A stretch of DNA of 64,000 bases from Thermoleophilia bacterium (lineage in GTDB: Bacteria; Actinomycetota; Thermoleophilia; Gaiellales; Gaiellaceae), in NCBI GenBank assembly GCA_025929895.1, contig JAICPI010000004.1:5490-69489 (forward strand). Reading direction: 5' to 3'. The notes beneath the pieces were generated by a model, which was given only the letters and a program-made list of their open reading frames with translations, was not told where the DNA came from and ran no database searches. Both the position numbers and the translations under genes were made by a program. Below are positions 43,051-53,650 of the stretch, one piece after another; position 1 is the first letter of the stretch, and each line of letters opens with the position of its first letter.

Positions 43051-43886
43051 TCCTTTGCGACGTCGGCCCGCGCGACGGGCTGCAGAACGAGCCCGACGTG
43101 CTGTCCCCGCAGTCGAGGGCGGAGCTCGTGAACGCGCTCGCCGCCGCGGGGCTCCGGCGCGTCGAGGCCGTCAGCTTCGTGCGGCCGGACCGCGTGCCGC
43201 AGATGGCCGGCGCGGAGGAGGTCGTCGACGGGATCGAGAGGCGCGACGGGACCGAGTACTCCGGGCTCGTGCTGAACGAGGAGGGCTACGAGCGGCTGCG
43301 CGGCACCTCGCTCGACCGGGTCAACTGCACGCTCGCCGCGACCGACTCGTTCAGCCGCCGCAACGCGAACGCGACCGTCGACGAGGCGGCGGCGCGGGTC
43401 GAGCGGATCGTCTCGGGCGCCGACCGACCCGTCACCGTGACGATCAGCGTCGCGTTCGGGTGCCCGTTCGAGGGCGCGGTCGACCCCGGCGTCGTCGCCG
43501 CGCTCGCCGAGCGGTTCGCCGGCGCGGGAGAGGTCGTGCTCGCGGACACGATCGGGGTCGCCACGCCGAGCGCCGTCCGCTCGCTCGTCGAGCGCGTCGG
43601 CGGCAACGTCGGCGGTCACTTCCACAACACGCGCAACACCGGCTACGCGAACGCGCTGGCCGCGCTCGAGGCGGGCGCGACGGTGCTCGACGCCTCGGTC
43701 GGCGGGGTGGGGGGCTGCCCGTTCGCGCCGCGCGCGACCGGGAACATCGCGACGGAGGACCTCGTCTACCTGCTCGAGGGCGAGGGCGTCGAGACCGGAG
43801 TCGATCTCGACGCCCTGATCCGCGTCTCGCAGGGGCTCGAGCAGACGCTCGGCCGCACCCTGCCCGGTCAGCTCTACCGCGTCTAG
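43047..43886 (+). CDS. hydroxymethylglutaryl-CoA lyase-like (DRE-TIM) enzyme
   Basis: 279 aa, from GTG 43047 (GTGA overlap). VGPRDGLQNE, LADTIGVATP, GHFHNTRNTGYAN, GGLGGCPFAP-like (GGVGGCPFAP). Confidence 0.85.
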   Translation: MILCDVGPRDGLQNEPDVLSPQSRAELVNALAAAGLRRVEAVSFVRPDRVPQMAGAEEVVDGIERRDGTEYSGLVLNEEGYERLRGTSLDRVNCTLAATDSFSRRNANATVDEAAARVERIVSGADRPVTVTISVAFGCPFEGAVDPGVVAALAERFAGAGEVVLADTIGVATPSAVRSLVERVGGNVGGHFHNTRNTGYANALAALEAGATVLDASVGGVGGCPFAPRATGNIATEDLVYLLEGEGVETGVDLDALIRVSQGLEQTLGRTLPGQLYRV

Positions 43887-44299
43887 ACGGCGGTCGCCGG
43901 CGGGAGCGCGGGCGTCTTCAGGAGGCGCCAGTCCTTCCACGCGATGTACGCCGCGTACGTGAGCACGAAGAGCGCGAGCAGTCCGTGCAGCCCGTGCACC
44001 CACGGGCTCCCCGGATCCTCGTCGGGCGGGAGCAGGAAGATCTGGACCGTCCCGAGGACGAAGAGCCCGAGGTTGACCAGGATCCAGCGCCACATGCCCC
44101 AGAAGGCGACGAGCGCCGACAGGAACACGATCAGCTCGGAGCCGTGGATCACGAGCCCGCCGAGGAAGCCGTGCGCGTCGAGCGCGCCCTCGCCGGCGCC
44201 CATTGCGTACGACGCGATGAAGTACGCCTGCAGGAACACCGCGACGACGATCACCGACGCGAAGAAGAGGTTCACCCAGGTGGCAGCGCGATTTCTCAT
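43883..44299 (-). CDS. hypothetical 4-TM membrane protein
   Basis: 138 aa, from ATG 44299 (MRNRAATWVNLFFASVIVVAVFL...). The upstream 31 codons of ORF 43883..44392 were rejected. Confidence 0.55.
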   Translation of the reverse strand: MRNRAATWVNLFFASVIVVAVFLQAYFIASYAMGAGEGALDAHGFLGGLVIHGSELIVFLSALVAFWGMWRWILVNLGLFVLGTVQIFLLPPDEDPGSPWVHGLHGLLALFVLTYAAYIAWKDWRLLKTPALPPATAV

Positions 44300-44339
44300 G
44301 GCGCGACCATAACGCCCTCGCTGGACGTACGGTGTCGGA

Positions 44340-46223
<1,884 letters not shown>

Positions 46224-46260
46224 GCGTTTTTCGTCGTCTCATCCGGAGATGAGGCCTCGG

Positions 46261-47925
46261 ATGTCCCGTTTCCTCGCGGTCGCGCTCGGGCTCGCCTGCG
46301 TGCTTGCGGTCGCCTCGCGGTCCGACGTCGGCTCGGCGGCGGAGCCGGTGCCCAGTCGGCCGAACGTCGTCGTCGTGATGACCGACGACCAGACCGCGGA
46401 GTCGATGCGCGTGATGCCGAACGTCAGGACGCGCATCGGAGGGCAGGGAGCCACGTTCGTGAACAGCTTCGCGTCGTTCCCGCTCTGCTGCCCGTCGCGG
46501 GCGACCTTCCTGACCGGCCAGTACGCGCACAACCACGGCGTCCTCGGCAACCGCCCGCCACGCGGCGGGTACGAGAAGCTCGTCCTCTCGCACGTGAACA
46601 CGCTGCCGGTCTGGCTCCGCGCCTCGGGCTATCGAACCGTGCACGTGGGCAGGTATCTGAACGGCTACGGGCTCGCGCGCCCGACGGAGGTCCCCGAGGG
46701 CTGGGACGAGTGGTACGCCCCGATCGACCCCACGACGTTCCGCTACTTCGGCTACACGCTGAACGAGAACGGCAGGCTCGTGAGCTACGGCTCCGCCCCT
46801 CGCGACCACCAGACGGACGTCACGACCGCGAAGGCGGTCGACGCCGTGCGACGGCTCGCACGCGGGAGCGACCCGTTCTTCCTCTCCGTCGCGTACGTCG
46901 CGCCTCACAACGGGATCCCGCGCGAGCCCGACGACCCCGCGGCCGTGGCGACCCCGGTGCCCGCGCCGCGGCACAAGGGACGGTTCGCCCGCGAGCGGCT
47001 GCCGCGCCCGCCGTCGTTCAACGAGCGGAACGTCGTCGACAAGCCGTGGGTCGTGAGACGGAACGCCCGGGTCTCCAGCGAGACCGTGGCGGCGATCGAG
47101 ACGAACTACCGTCAGCGGCTCGAGTCGCTGCTGGCCGTCGACGAGGGTGTGGCCGCGCTGGTGCGTGCGCTCTCGCAGGCCGGCGAGCTGGCGAACACGC
47201 TCTTCGTCTACACGTCGGACAACGGCTTCTACCACGGCGAGCACCGCATCCCGCTGGGGAAGGTGCTGCTCTACGAGGAGGCGGCGCGCGTGCCGCTATA
47301 CCTGCGCGGGCCGGGAATTCCGCGCGGCGTTCGGATCACGCAGGACGTCGTCAACGTCGACCTCGCCGCGACGATCGTCGACGCGGCCGGGGTGGCGCCG
47401 GGCCGCACGCTCGACGGCACGTCGCTGCTGCCGCTCGTGCGCGAGCGCGACCGCTTCCTCGGCCGGGACGTTTTGCTCGCGACGCCGGACTACTGGGCGA
47501 TCCGCACGCCGCGCTACGAGTACGTGGAGCACCGGCTCGGCGACCGCGAGCTCTACGACTTCCAGGTCGACCCGTGGCAGGTGAGCAGCTTGCACGCGCG
47601 CCCGTCCTACGCAGCCGTTCGCGCACGGCTCGCTGCACGTCTCGAACGGCTCCGCCGCTGCGCCGGCGCGGCCTGCCGCACGGGCCCGGTGCTCCGCCTC
47701 GGCTCCCGCTGCGCCGACGGCGCGCACGTCGCGGTGGTGCGGGGGAGGGACGCGAAGCAGCTCTCTGCGGTCGAGTGGGAGTACCGGTCGCGGCGCGTCG
47801 GCGCCTCGGAGCGCGCGCCGTTCCGCAGGATCCTGCCGGCGCGCGCCGGGGTCGTGGTCGCGACGGCCGCGCTCGACGACGGGCGGCGCGTCACGCTCGA
47901 GCGGCGCGTCGCGGCCTGTCCCTGA
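46261..47925 (+). CDS. secreted sulfatase (formylglycine-dependent, GlcNAc-6-sulfatase-like)
   Basis: PNVVVVMTDDQ and LCCPSRATFLTGQYAHNHGV (the C-x-P-x-R motif). Signal peptide MSRFLAVALGLACVLAVA. ATG 46261 has GAGG 6 nt upstream. The ORF-track start ATG 46249 is the alternative. Confidence 0.8.
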   Translation: MSRFLAVALGLACVLAVASRSDVGSAAEPVPSRPNVVVVMTDDQTAESMRVMPNVRTRIGGQGATFVNSFASFPLCCPSRATFLTGQYAHNHGVLGNRPPRGGYEKLVLSHVNTLPVWLRASGYRTVHVGRYLNGYGLARPTEVPEGWDEWYAPIDPTTFRYFGYTLNENGRLVSYGSAPRDHQTDVTTAKAVDAVRRLARGSDPFFLSVAYVAPHNGIPREPDDPAAVATPVPAPRHKGRFARERLPRPPSFNERNVVDKPWVVRRNARVSSETVAAIETNYRQRLESLLAVDEGVAALVRALSQAGELANTLFVYTSDNGFYHGEHRIPLGKVLLYEEAARVPLYLRGPGIPRGVRITQDVVNVDLAATIVDAAGVAPGRTLDGTSLLPLVRERDRFLGRDVLLATPDYWAIRTPRYEYVEHRLGDRELYDFQVDPWQVSSLHARPSYAAVRARLAARLERLRRCAGAACRTGPVLRLGSRCADGAHVAVVRGRDAKQLSAVEWEYRSRRVGASERAPFRRILPARAGVVVATAALDDGRRVTLERRVAACP

Positions 47926-47952
47926 CCGCCCGCCCACTACGATCCGGCGCCA

Positions 47953-48669
47953 ATGACGGCGCTCCTCTCCGTCGAGCACGTCACGCGCCGCTTCGGCGGG
48001 GTCGTCGCGCTCGACGACGTCTCGTTCGAGGTCCCCACCGGCGAGATCGTCGGCCTGATCGGCCCGAACGGCGCCGGCAAGACGACGGCGTTCAACGTGA
48101 TCACGCGGCTGTACCGGCCGGACGCAGGGCGCGTCGTCCTCGACGGGCGGAACCTGCTGCGGACGCCCGCGCACCGCGTCGTCCGGCGCGGGATCGCGCG
48201 CACGTTCCAGAACGTCGCGCTCTGGCCGTCGCTGACCGTGATCGACAACGTGCGCGTCGGCGCTGCCGCCCGCAGCGGGGGGCGCACGCCGCTCGAGGTG
48301 CTCGAGTACGTCGGGCTCGCCGGCGTCGCGTACCGGCCGGCCGCCGGGCTCCCGTTCGGCACGCTGAAGCGCATCGAGCTCGCGCGCGCGCTCGCGTCCG
48401 GCCCCCGGCTGCTGCTGCTCGACGAGCCGGCCGGTGGGCTCAACCACGAGGAGGTCGAGGAGCTCGGCCGCTTCGTGCGGGGGCTGCGCGAGGACTTCGA
48501 GCTCACGATCTTGCTCGTCGAGCACCACATGAACCTCGTGATGGGCATCTCCGACCGCGTGTTCGTCCTGAACTTCGGCCGCCGGATCGCGGCCGGGACG
48601 CCCGCCGAGGTCCAGCGCGACCCTGCGGTGATCGAGGCGTACCTCGGGGACGAGCATGCCGCTGCTTGA
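47953..48669 (+). CDS. livG: branched-chain amino acid-type ABC transporter ATP-binding protein
   Basis: 238 aa. Walker A GPNGAGKTT, signature/Walker B LLLLDEPAGGLN. Confidence 0.9.
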   Translation: MTALLSVEHVTRRFGGVVALDDVSFEVPTGEIVGLIGPNGAGKTTAFNVITRLYRPDAGRVVLDGRNLLRTPAHRVVRRGIARTFQNVALWPSLTVIDNVRVGAAARSGGRTPLEVLEYVGLAGVAYRPAAGLPFGTLKRIELARALASGPRLLLLDEPAGGLNHEEVEELGRFVRGLREDFELTILLVEHHMNLVMGISDRVFVLNFGRRIAAGTPAEVQRDPAVIEAYLGDEHAAA

Positions 48670-49363
48670 GCTCGAGGACGTGCAGGCGCGCTACGGCGCC
48701 GTGCAGGCGCTCCACGGCGTGACGCTCGACGTCGACGAGCGCCAGGTCGTCTCCGTGCTCGGCGCGAACGGCGCGGGGAAGACGACGACGCTCCGCGCGA
48801 TCTCCGGCACCGTCCGGCGCAGCGGGTCGATCCGCTTCGACGGCAAGTCGCTCCCGCGCTCTCCCGAGGCGGTCGCGCGCAGCGGGATCGCGCACGTGCC
48901 GGAGGGCCGCGGGACGTTCGCCGAGCTGAGCGTCGACGAGAACCTCCGGCTCGGCGCGTACTCGCGCCGAGACCGCAGCGGCTACGAGCGCGACCTTGCA
49001 GCGGTGGTGAAGCACTTCCCGTGGCTCGACGAGCGCCGCGACCAGCAGGCGGGCACGCTCTCCGGCGGAGAGCAGCAGATGCTCGCCCTCGCGCGCGCGT
49101 TCATGTCCCGCCCGCGCCTGATCCTCGTCGACGAGCCGTCGCTCGGGCTCGCGCCGCTGATCGTGCGCCGGCTCTTCGACGTGCTGCGGGCGTGGATCGA
49201 CGAGCACGGGATGTCGGCGCTCGTCGTGGAGCAGAACGCGAACGTCGCGCTCCAGCACTCCGAGCGCGCGTACGTGCTCGAGGTCGGCCGTGTCGCGGTC
49301 TCGGGCACCGCCGACGAGCTGCGCGGGAACGAGGCCGTGCGCAGGTCCTACCTCGGCTACTAG
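48656..49363 (+). CDS. livF: branched-chain amino acid-type ABC transporter ATP-binding protein
   Basis: 235 aa. GANGAGKTTT, LSGGEQQMLA, LILVDEPSLGLAP. Confidence 0.9.
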   Translation: MPLLELEDVQARYGAVQALHGVTLDVDERQVVSVLGANGAGKTTTLRAISGTVRRSGSIRFDGKSLPRSPEAVARSGIAHVPEGRGTFAELSVDENLRLGAYSRRDRSGYERDLAAVVKHFPWLDERRDQQAGTLSGGEQQMLALARAFMSRPRLILVDEPSLGLAPLIVRRLFDVLRAWIDEHGMSALVVEQNANVALQHSERAYVLEVGRVAVSGTADELRGNEAVRRSYLGY

Positions 49364-49522
49364 TGGCTAGCCCGGCGACATCCTCCGGCCTCTGGCCCGC
49401 GATACCCGGCGCGAGGCCGCGTCCTCAGTCGCCCCTGTACTGCCCGTACAGGGGCTCCCTGCGTCCTTGCCTCGCTTGGGTCTCGCGACCCAGAGGCTCG
49501 GCAATGTCACCGGACTAGCCAC
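49363..49522 (+). other. 160-nt highly structured intergenic element between livF and livH (candidate cis-regulatory RNA or MITE/REP-like insert)
   Basis: Nested complementary segments: 49363-75/49510-22 (8+4 bp), 49385-95/49490-501 (8+3 bp), and a perfect 10-bp hairpin at 49431-55 (GCCCCTGTAC-tgccc-GTACAGGGGC). The 3' arm ends 2 nt before the livH GTG, which lacks a visible SD. Confidence 0.35.
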
Positions 49523-49524
49523 CT

Positions 49525-50406
49525 GTGGCCGACTTCCTCCAGCAGGTCGTCAGCGGGCTCGCGTCGGGCGGCGTGTACGCGCTGCTGGCGCTCGCGCTCG
49601 TCCTCATCTACCGCTCGACGGGCGTCGTCAACTTCGCGCAGGGCGAGATGGCGATGTTCTCGACGTTCGTCTGCTGGGAGCTGATCGACCGCGGGCTGCC
49701 CTACTGGGTCGCGTTCTTCGCGACGCTCGCGATCTCCTTCGCCGGCGGCGTGCTGATCGAGCGGCTCGTCGTGCACGCCGTCTCGCGCGCGGCCGCGATC
49801 ACCGTCGTCACGGTCACGATCGGGCTGCTGATCATGCTCAACGGCGCCGCGGCGTGGATCTGGAAGGGCGAGCAGCGAACGCTCGAGAACCCGTTCGGCA
49901 CGCGGACGTTCGACGTCGGCGGCGTCGTGGTCGCGGTGCAGGACCTCGGGATCCTCGTTGTCTCGCTCGCGCTCGTCGCGGCGCTCTGGGTCCTCTTCCA
50001 GCGCACGCGCCTCGGGCTCGCGCTGCGCGCCTCCGCGCTGAACCCCGAGTCGAGCCGGCTGCACGGCATCCGCGTCTCGTGGATGCTCGCGCTCGGGTGG
50101 GGGCTCGCCGCGGTGCTCGGCGCGGTCGCGGGGATGCTCGTCGCGCCGACCCAGGGCAGCTTCGACCAGAACCTGATGCTGCCGGTGCTGATCTTCGCGT
50201 TCGCTGCCGCGGTCCTCGGCGGGCTCGACAGCCCCCTCGGAGCCGTCGTCGGCGGCCTCGCGGTGGGCGTGATCCTCAACCTCGTCGGTGCCTACATCGA
50301 CTTCTTCGCCGACCTGCGCCTGCCGGCGGCGCTGCTCGTGATCCTCGCCATCCTCCTGCTGCGCCCGCACGGGCTCTTCGGCCGCGCGGCGGTGCGGCGC
50401 GTCTGA
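49525..50406 (+). CDS. livH: branched-chain amino acid-type ABC permease
   Basis: 293 aa. MADFLQQVVSGLASGGVYALLALALVLIY... is a typical LivH N-terminus. Confidence 0.9.
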   Translation: MADFLQQVVSGLASGGVYALLALALVLIYRSTGVVNFAQGEMAMFSTFVCWELIDRGLPYWVAFFATLAISFAGGVLIERLVVHAVSRAAAITVVTVTIGLLIMLNGAAAWIWKGEQRTLENPFGTRTFDVGGVVVAVQDLGILVVSLALVAALWVLFQRTRLGLALRASALNPESSRLHGIRVSWMLALGWGLAAVLGAVAGMLVAPTQGSFDQNLMLPVLIFAFAAAVLGGLDSPLGAVVGGLAVGVILNLVGAYIDFFADLRLPAALLVILAILLLRPHGLFGRAAVRRV

Positions 50407-51470
50407 TGCTCGCGGCACGCACCGCGATCCGCGTGCTCGGCCTCGCGCTCTTCGTCGCGGTCGTCGTCGTCGTGCCGAGCCGCATCTCGGAGTTCCGCGC
50501 CTCGGAGTTCGCGCTGATCGGGATCTTCTTCATCGCGATCCTCGGCCTGAACATCCTGACGGGCTACACCGGCGTGATCTCGCTCGGGCACGGCGCCTTC
50601 ATGGCCGTCGGCGCGTACACGACCGCGATCCTGATGCTCGGCCGACCGGGGCTCGAGGCGGGAGGGCTCTCGCCGCCGGACTGGCTCCCCGTCGGCGACG
50701 GGATGAAGGACGTGTACACGATCCCGATCGCCGCGCTCGTCGCCGCGCTCGCGGGCGCGCTCTTCGGGCTGCCGGCACTGCGCCTGTCGGGGCCGTACCT
50801 CGCGCTCGCCACGTTCGGCGTCGCGGTGGCGACCCCGAGCGTGATCAGGAAGTTCGACTCCGTCACGGGCGGGAGCGGCGGGCTCAACCTGTTCGACTCG
50901 CCGAACCTGACGGGCGCGATCTTCAACGCCGTGCACGTCCCGGGCGGGAGGACGCTCACGTTCAACGACTGGCTCTACTACCTCACGTGGACGATCGCGC
51001 TCGCGCTCTTCGTCGTGGCATGGCTGATCCACCACTCGCGCCTGGGCCGCGCGCTGCGCGCGATCCGCGACGACGAGATCGCAGCCGTAGCGTCCGGGGT
51101 CGGACTCGCGTGGCACAAGACGCTCGCGTTCTCGCTCTCCGCGCTCTACGCCGGCGTGGCGGGCTCGCTGCTCGCGATGTCGGCCTTCTCCGTCCAGCCG
51201 GGCGCGTTCCCGGTCGACCGCTCGATCGCGCTCCTCGTCGGCCTCGCCGTCGGCGGTCTCGGCTCGCTCGTGCCGCTCGTCGCGGGCGCGGTCTTCCTCG
51301 TCTTCCTGCCGCAGTGGGCGCAGGACCTCTCGCAGGCGCCGGGCGTGCCGGCGGTGATCTACGGCGCGGTGCTGATCGGCCTGATGATCGTGCTGCCGAC
51401 GGGCGTGGGCGGGCTGCTCAGGCGTGTTCTCGGACCCCTAACTTCTCGGTTGTATCCTCGGTCTCAGTAG
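50406..51470 (+). CDS. livM: branched-chain amino acid-type ABC permease
   Basis: 354 aa, from ATG 50406 (TGATG overlap). LNILTGYTGVISLGHGAFMAVGAY motif. Confidence 0.9.
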   Translation: MLAARTAIRVLGLALFVAVVVVVPSRISEFRASEFALIGIFFIAILGLNILTGYTGVISLGHGAFMAVGAYTTAILMLGRPGLEAGGLSPPDWLPVGDGMKDVYTIPIAALVAALAGALFGLPALRLSGPYLALATFGVAVATPSVIRKFDSVTGGSGGLNLFDSPNLTGAIFNAVHVPGGRTLTFNDWLYYLTWTIALALFVVAWLIHHSRLGRALRAIRDDEIAAVASGVGLAWHKTLAFSLSALYAGVAGSLLAMSAFSVQPGAFPVDRSIALLVGLAVGGLGSLVPLVAGAVFLVFLPQWAQDLSQAPGVPAVIYGAVLIGLMIVLPTGVGGLLRRVLGPLTSRLYPRSQ

Positions 51471-51473
51471 ATC

Positions 51474-52685
51474 GTGCGCTTGCTGGGGGTCATCTCGCTC
51501 GTCTTCTCTCTCGCCGCCGGCGCGGCCTCGGCCCGGCCCGCCGCGGATCCCGGCGTCTCCCGCGGGGAGGTCGTGATCGGCGGCACGATCCCGCTCTCCG
51601 GGATCGCCGCGTCCTACGCGTCCGTCGGCAGGGGCGCCGAGGCGTACTTCAAGTACGTGAACGCGCGCGGTGGGGTCTTCAACCGGCGGATCACCTACAA
51701 GTACCTCGACGACCAGTACAACCCGGCGCAGACGGTGCAGGCGACGCGGCAGCTCGTCCAGCAGGAGCGCGTGTTCGCGATCTTCAACACGCTCGGCACC
51801 GAGCAGAACCTCGCGGTCCGGTCCTTCCTGAACGCCGCGAAGGTGCCGCAGCTCTTCGCCGGCTCCGGCGCGACGACGTTCGGACGCGACTACCGGCGCT
51901 ATCCGTACACGATCGGGTTCCTCCCGAGCTACGTCGGCGAGGGGAAGGTGTACGCGCGCCACATCCTGCGCACGAAGCCGAACGCGAAGATCGCCGTGCT
52001 CTACCAGAACGACGACTACGGCAAGGATCTCCTCAGCGGGTTCCGCACCGGGCTCGGCGCGAAGCGCCGGAACATCGTCGCGACCCAGAGCTACGACCCG
52101 CTCTCGACGGACGTCTCCTCGCAGATCGCGAGGCTGCGCAGCTCGCGCGCGACCGTGTTCGTGGTGATCGCGACGCCGCCGTTCGCGATCCGCGGCCTCG
52201 TCGCCGCGAACCGGCTGGGCTGGCGCCCGCAGGTCTACGTCAACCAGGTCGGCGCCGCGACGAACATCATGCGGATCATCGCCGCGACCGCGGGCCCCCG
52301 GATCATCCAGAACGCGGTCACGCTGATCTCGGTCAAGGACCCGACGAGCCCGCGCTTCCGCAACGACGCCGGGATGCGGCTCTACCGGCAGATCATGCGG
52401 CAGCACCTGCCGAGCGGCCACGTCAACGACGGCTTCCACGTCTACTCGATGGCGGTCGCGCACACGTTCGTGGAGGCGCTCCGCAAGGCCGGGCGCAACC
52501 CGACGCGCGCGTCGCTGATGCGCGCGGTCGCGAGCCTGAACGTCCGCAACAACCCGTTCCTCCTGCCCGGCGTCCGCGTGCGGACGAGCGCGCGGGACCA
52601 CTTCCCGCTCGACCAGGGCCAGCTCCAGCGCTGGCGGAACAACACCTGGAACCCGCTGGGCAAGGTCATCTCCGCCCGGCCGTAA
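51474..52685 (+). CDS. periplasmic binding protein, Leu/Ile/Val-binding (type I PBP) family
   Basis: 403 aa. Signal peptide, then VVIGGTIPLSGIAASYASVGRGAEAYFKYVNARGGV... is typical of LivJ/LivK-like proteins. Confidence 0.85.
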   Translation: MRLLGVISLVFSLAAGAASARPAADPGVSRGEVVIGGTIPLSGIAASYASVGRGAEAYFKYVNARGGVFNRRITYKYLDDQYNPAQTVQATRQLVQQERVFAIFNTLGTEQNLAVRSFLNAAKVPQLFAGSGATTFGRDYRRYPYTIGFLPSYVGEGKVYARHILRTKPNAKIAVLYQNDDYGKDLLSGFRTGLGAKRRNIVATQSYDPLSTDVSSQIARLRSSRATVFVVIATPPFAIRGLVAANRLGWRPQVYVNQVGAATNIMRIIAATAGPRIIQNAVTLISVKDPTSPRFRNDAGMRLYRQIMRQHLPSGHVNDGFHVYSMAVAHTFVEALRKAGRNPTRASLMRAVASLNVRNNPFLLPGVRVRTSARDHFPLDQGQLQRWRNNTWNPLGKVISARP

Positions 52686-52696
52686 GCCGGCCGGGG

Positions 52697-53623
52697 CTAC
52701 GACGTCGCCGGAACGAGCTCCTTCGCGGGCGCCCTGAGGACTCGCGCTCCCGTCATCGGGAGGAGCAGGACGACGACCGCGGTCACGGCGACGCCGATCC
52801 ACTGCGTCCCGTCGAGCGTCGCGTCGAAGGCGAGGTAGCCGACGGCCGCGGCGGTGACGGGGAAGGTCAGCTCGGCGAGCGCGGCGATCACCGCGGGCGT
52901 CTTCCGCAGGCCGTAGTAGTAGAGCGAGAGCGCGACGAGCCCCGTGACGATCGCGAGCGCGGCGATCCAGCCTGCGTCCGAGGCGGAGGTCGTGAACGGC
53001 GCGCCGACGAGAAACACCGCGAGGGCGCTCGCCGGCAGGCCGAAGGCAAAGCGGAGCGTCGTCACGTGCTGGAAGCGCAGCCGCGTCGCGAGCATCCGTC
53101 CGAGCACGGTGCCGAACGCCCACAGGACGGCGGCGCCGAGCGCGTAGAGGGCCGGGAGCGCCGCGGCGACCTCGATCTCGAACGGCGAGGGAAACGCGAT
53201 CAGCCACGTGCCCACGAGCCCCGCGGCGAGGAACCAGCCGAAGTGCGCGCGCGGGCGCTCGCCGAGGATGAACCACGCGCCCACGACCGCGACGAGCGGC
53301 TGGACCTTCTGGAGCACGACGGGCGTGACGGGATCGCCCTGGACGAACGCCTGGGTGAACAGGATGGTCGCGGTCGCCGAGGCGCCGGCGCCGATCGCCA
53401 CCGCCGCCAGGACGTAGCGGCGGCCGGCGCGCGCGACGGCGAGCACGGCCGCGGGGATCAGCGGCAGGGTCAGGAGCACGAGCACGACGTGCTCGGCGAA
53501 GACGATCGTCGCCGCCTGCGTCGAGTGGGCGAGCGGCCGGCGGAGCAGCGCGTCGGTGCCCCACAGCGCGGCCGCTGCGGCGACGAGCAATGCGCCGGGC
53601 GCGGCGAAGAAGCGGGCGCTCAT
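52697..53623 (-). CDS. EamA/DMT-family transporter
   Basis: 308 aa. Ten TM helices arranged as two EamA repeats. Confidence 0.8.
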   Translation of the reverse strand: MSARFFAAPGALLVAAAAALWGTDALLRRPLAHSTQAATIVFAEHVVLVLLTLPLIPAAVLAVARAGRRYVLAAVAIGAGASATATILFTQAFVQGDPVTPVVLQKVQPLVAVVGAWFILGERPRAHFGWFLAAGLVGTWLIAFPSPFEIEVAAALPALYALGAAVLWAFGTVLGRMLATRLRFQHVTTLRFAFGLPASALAVFLVGAPFTTSASDAGWIAALAIVTGLVALSLYYYGLRKTPAVIAALAELTFPVTAAAVGYLAFDATLDGTQWIGVAVTAVVVLLLPMTGARVLRAPAKELVPATS

Positions 53624-53650
53624 TCGCGCGAGCGTAGCGCGTCGCCGCCT

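Noticed and set aside
49363-49522. A tRNA, other known small RNA or transposon identity for the liv intergenic element.
   Set aside because: It has no T-loop (GGTTCGAATCC-like) and no cloverleaf, so it is not a tRNA. It has no C-rich loops as in 6C RNA. There is no transposase, and I see no target-site duplication flanking the 13-bp inverted ends. The MITE idea stays open but unproven.
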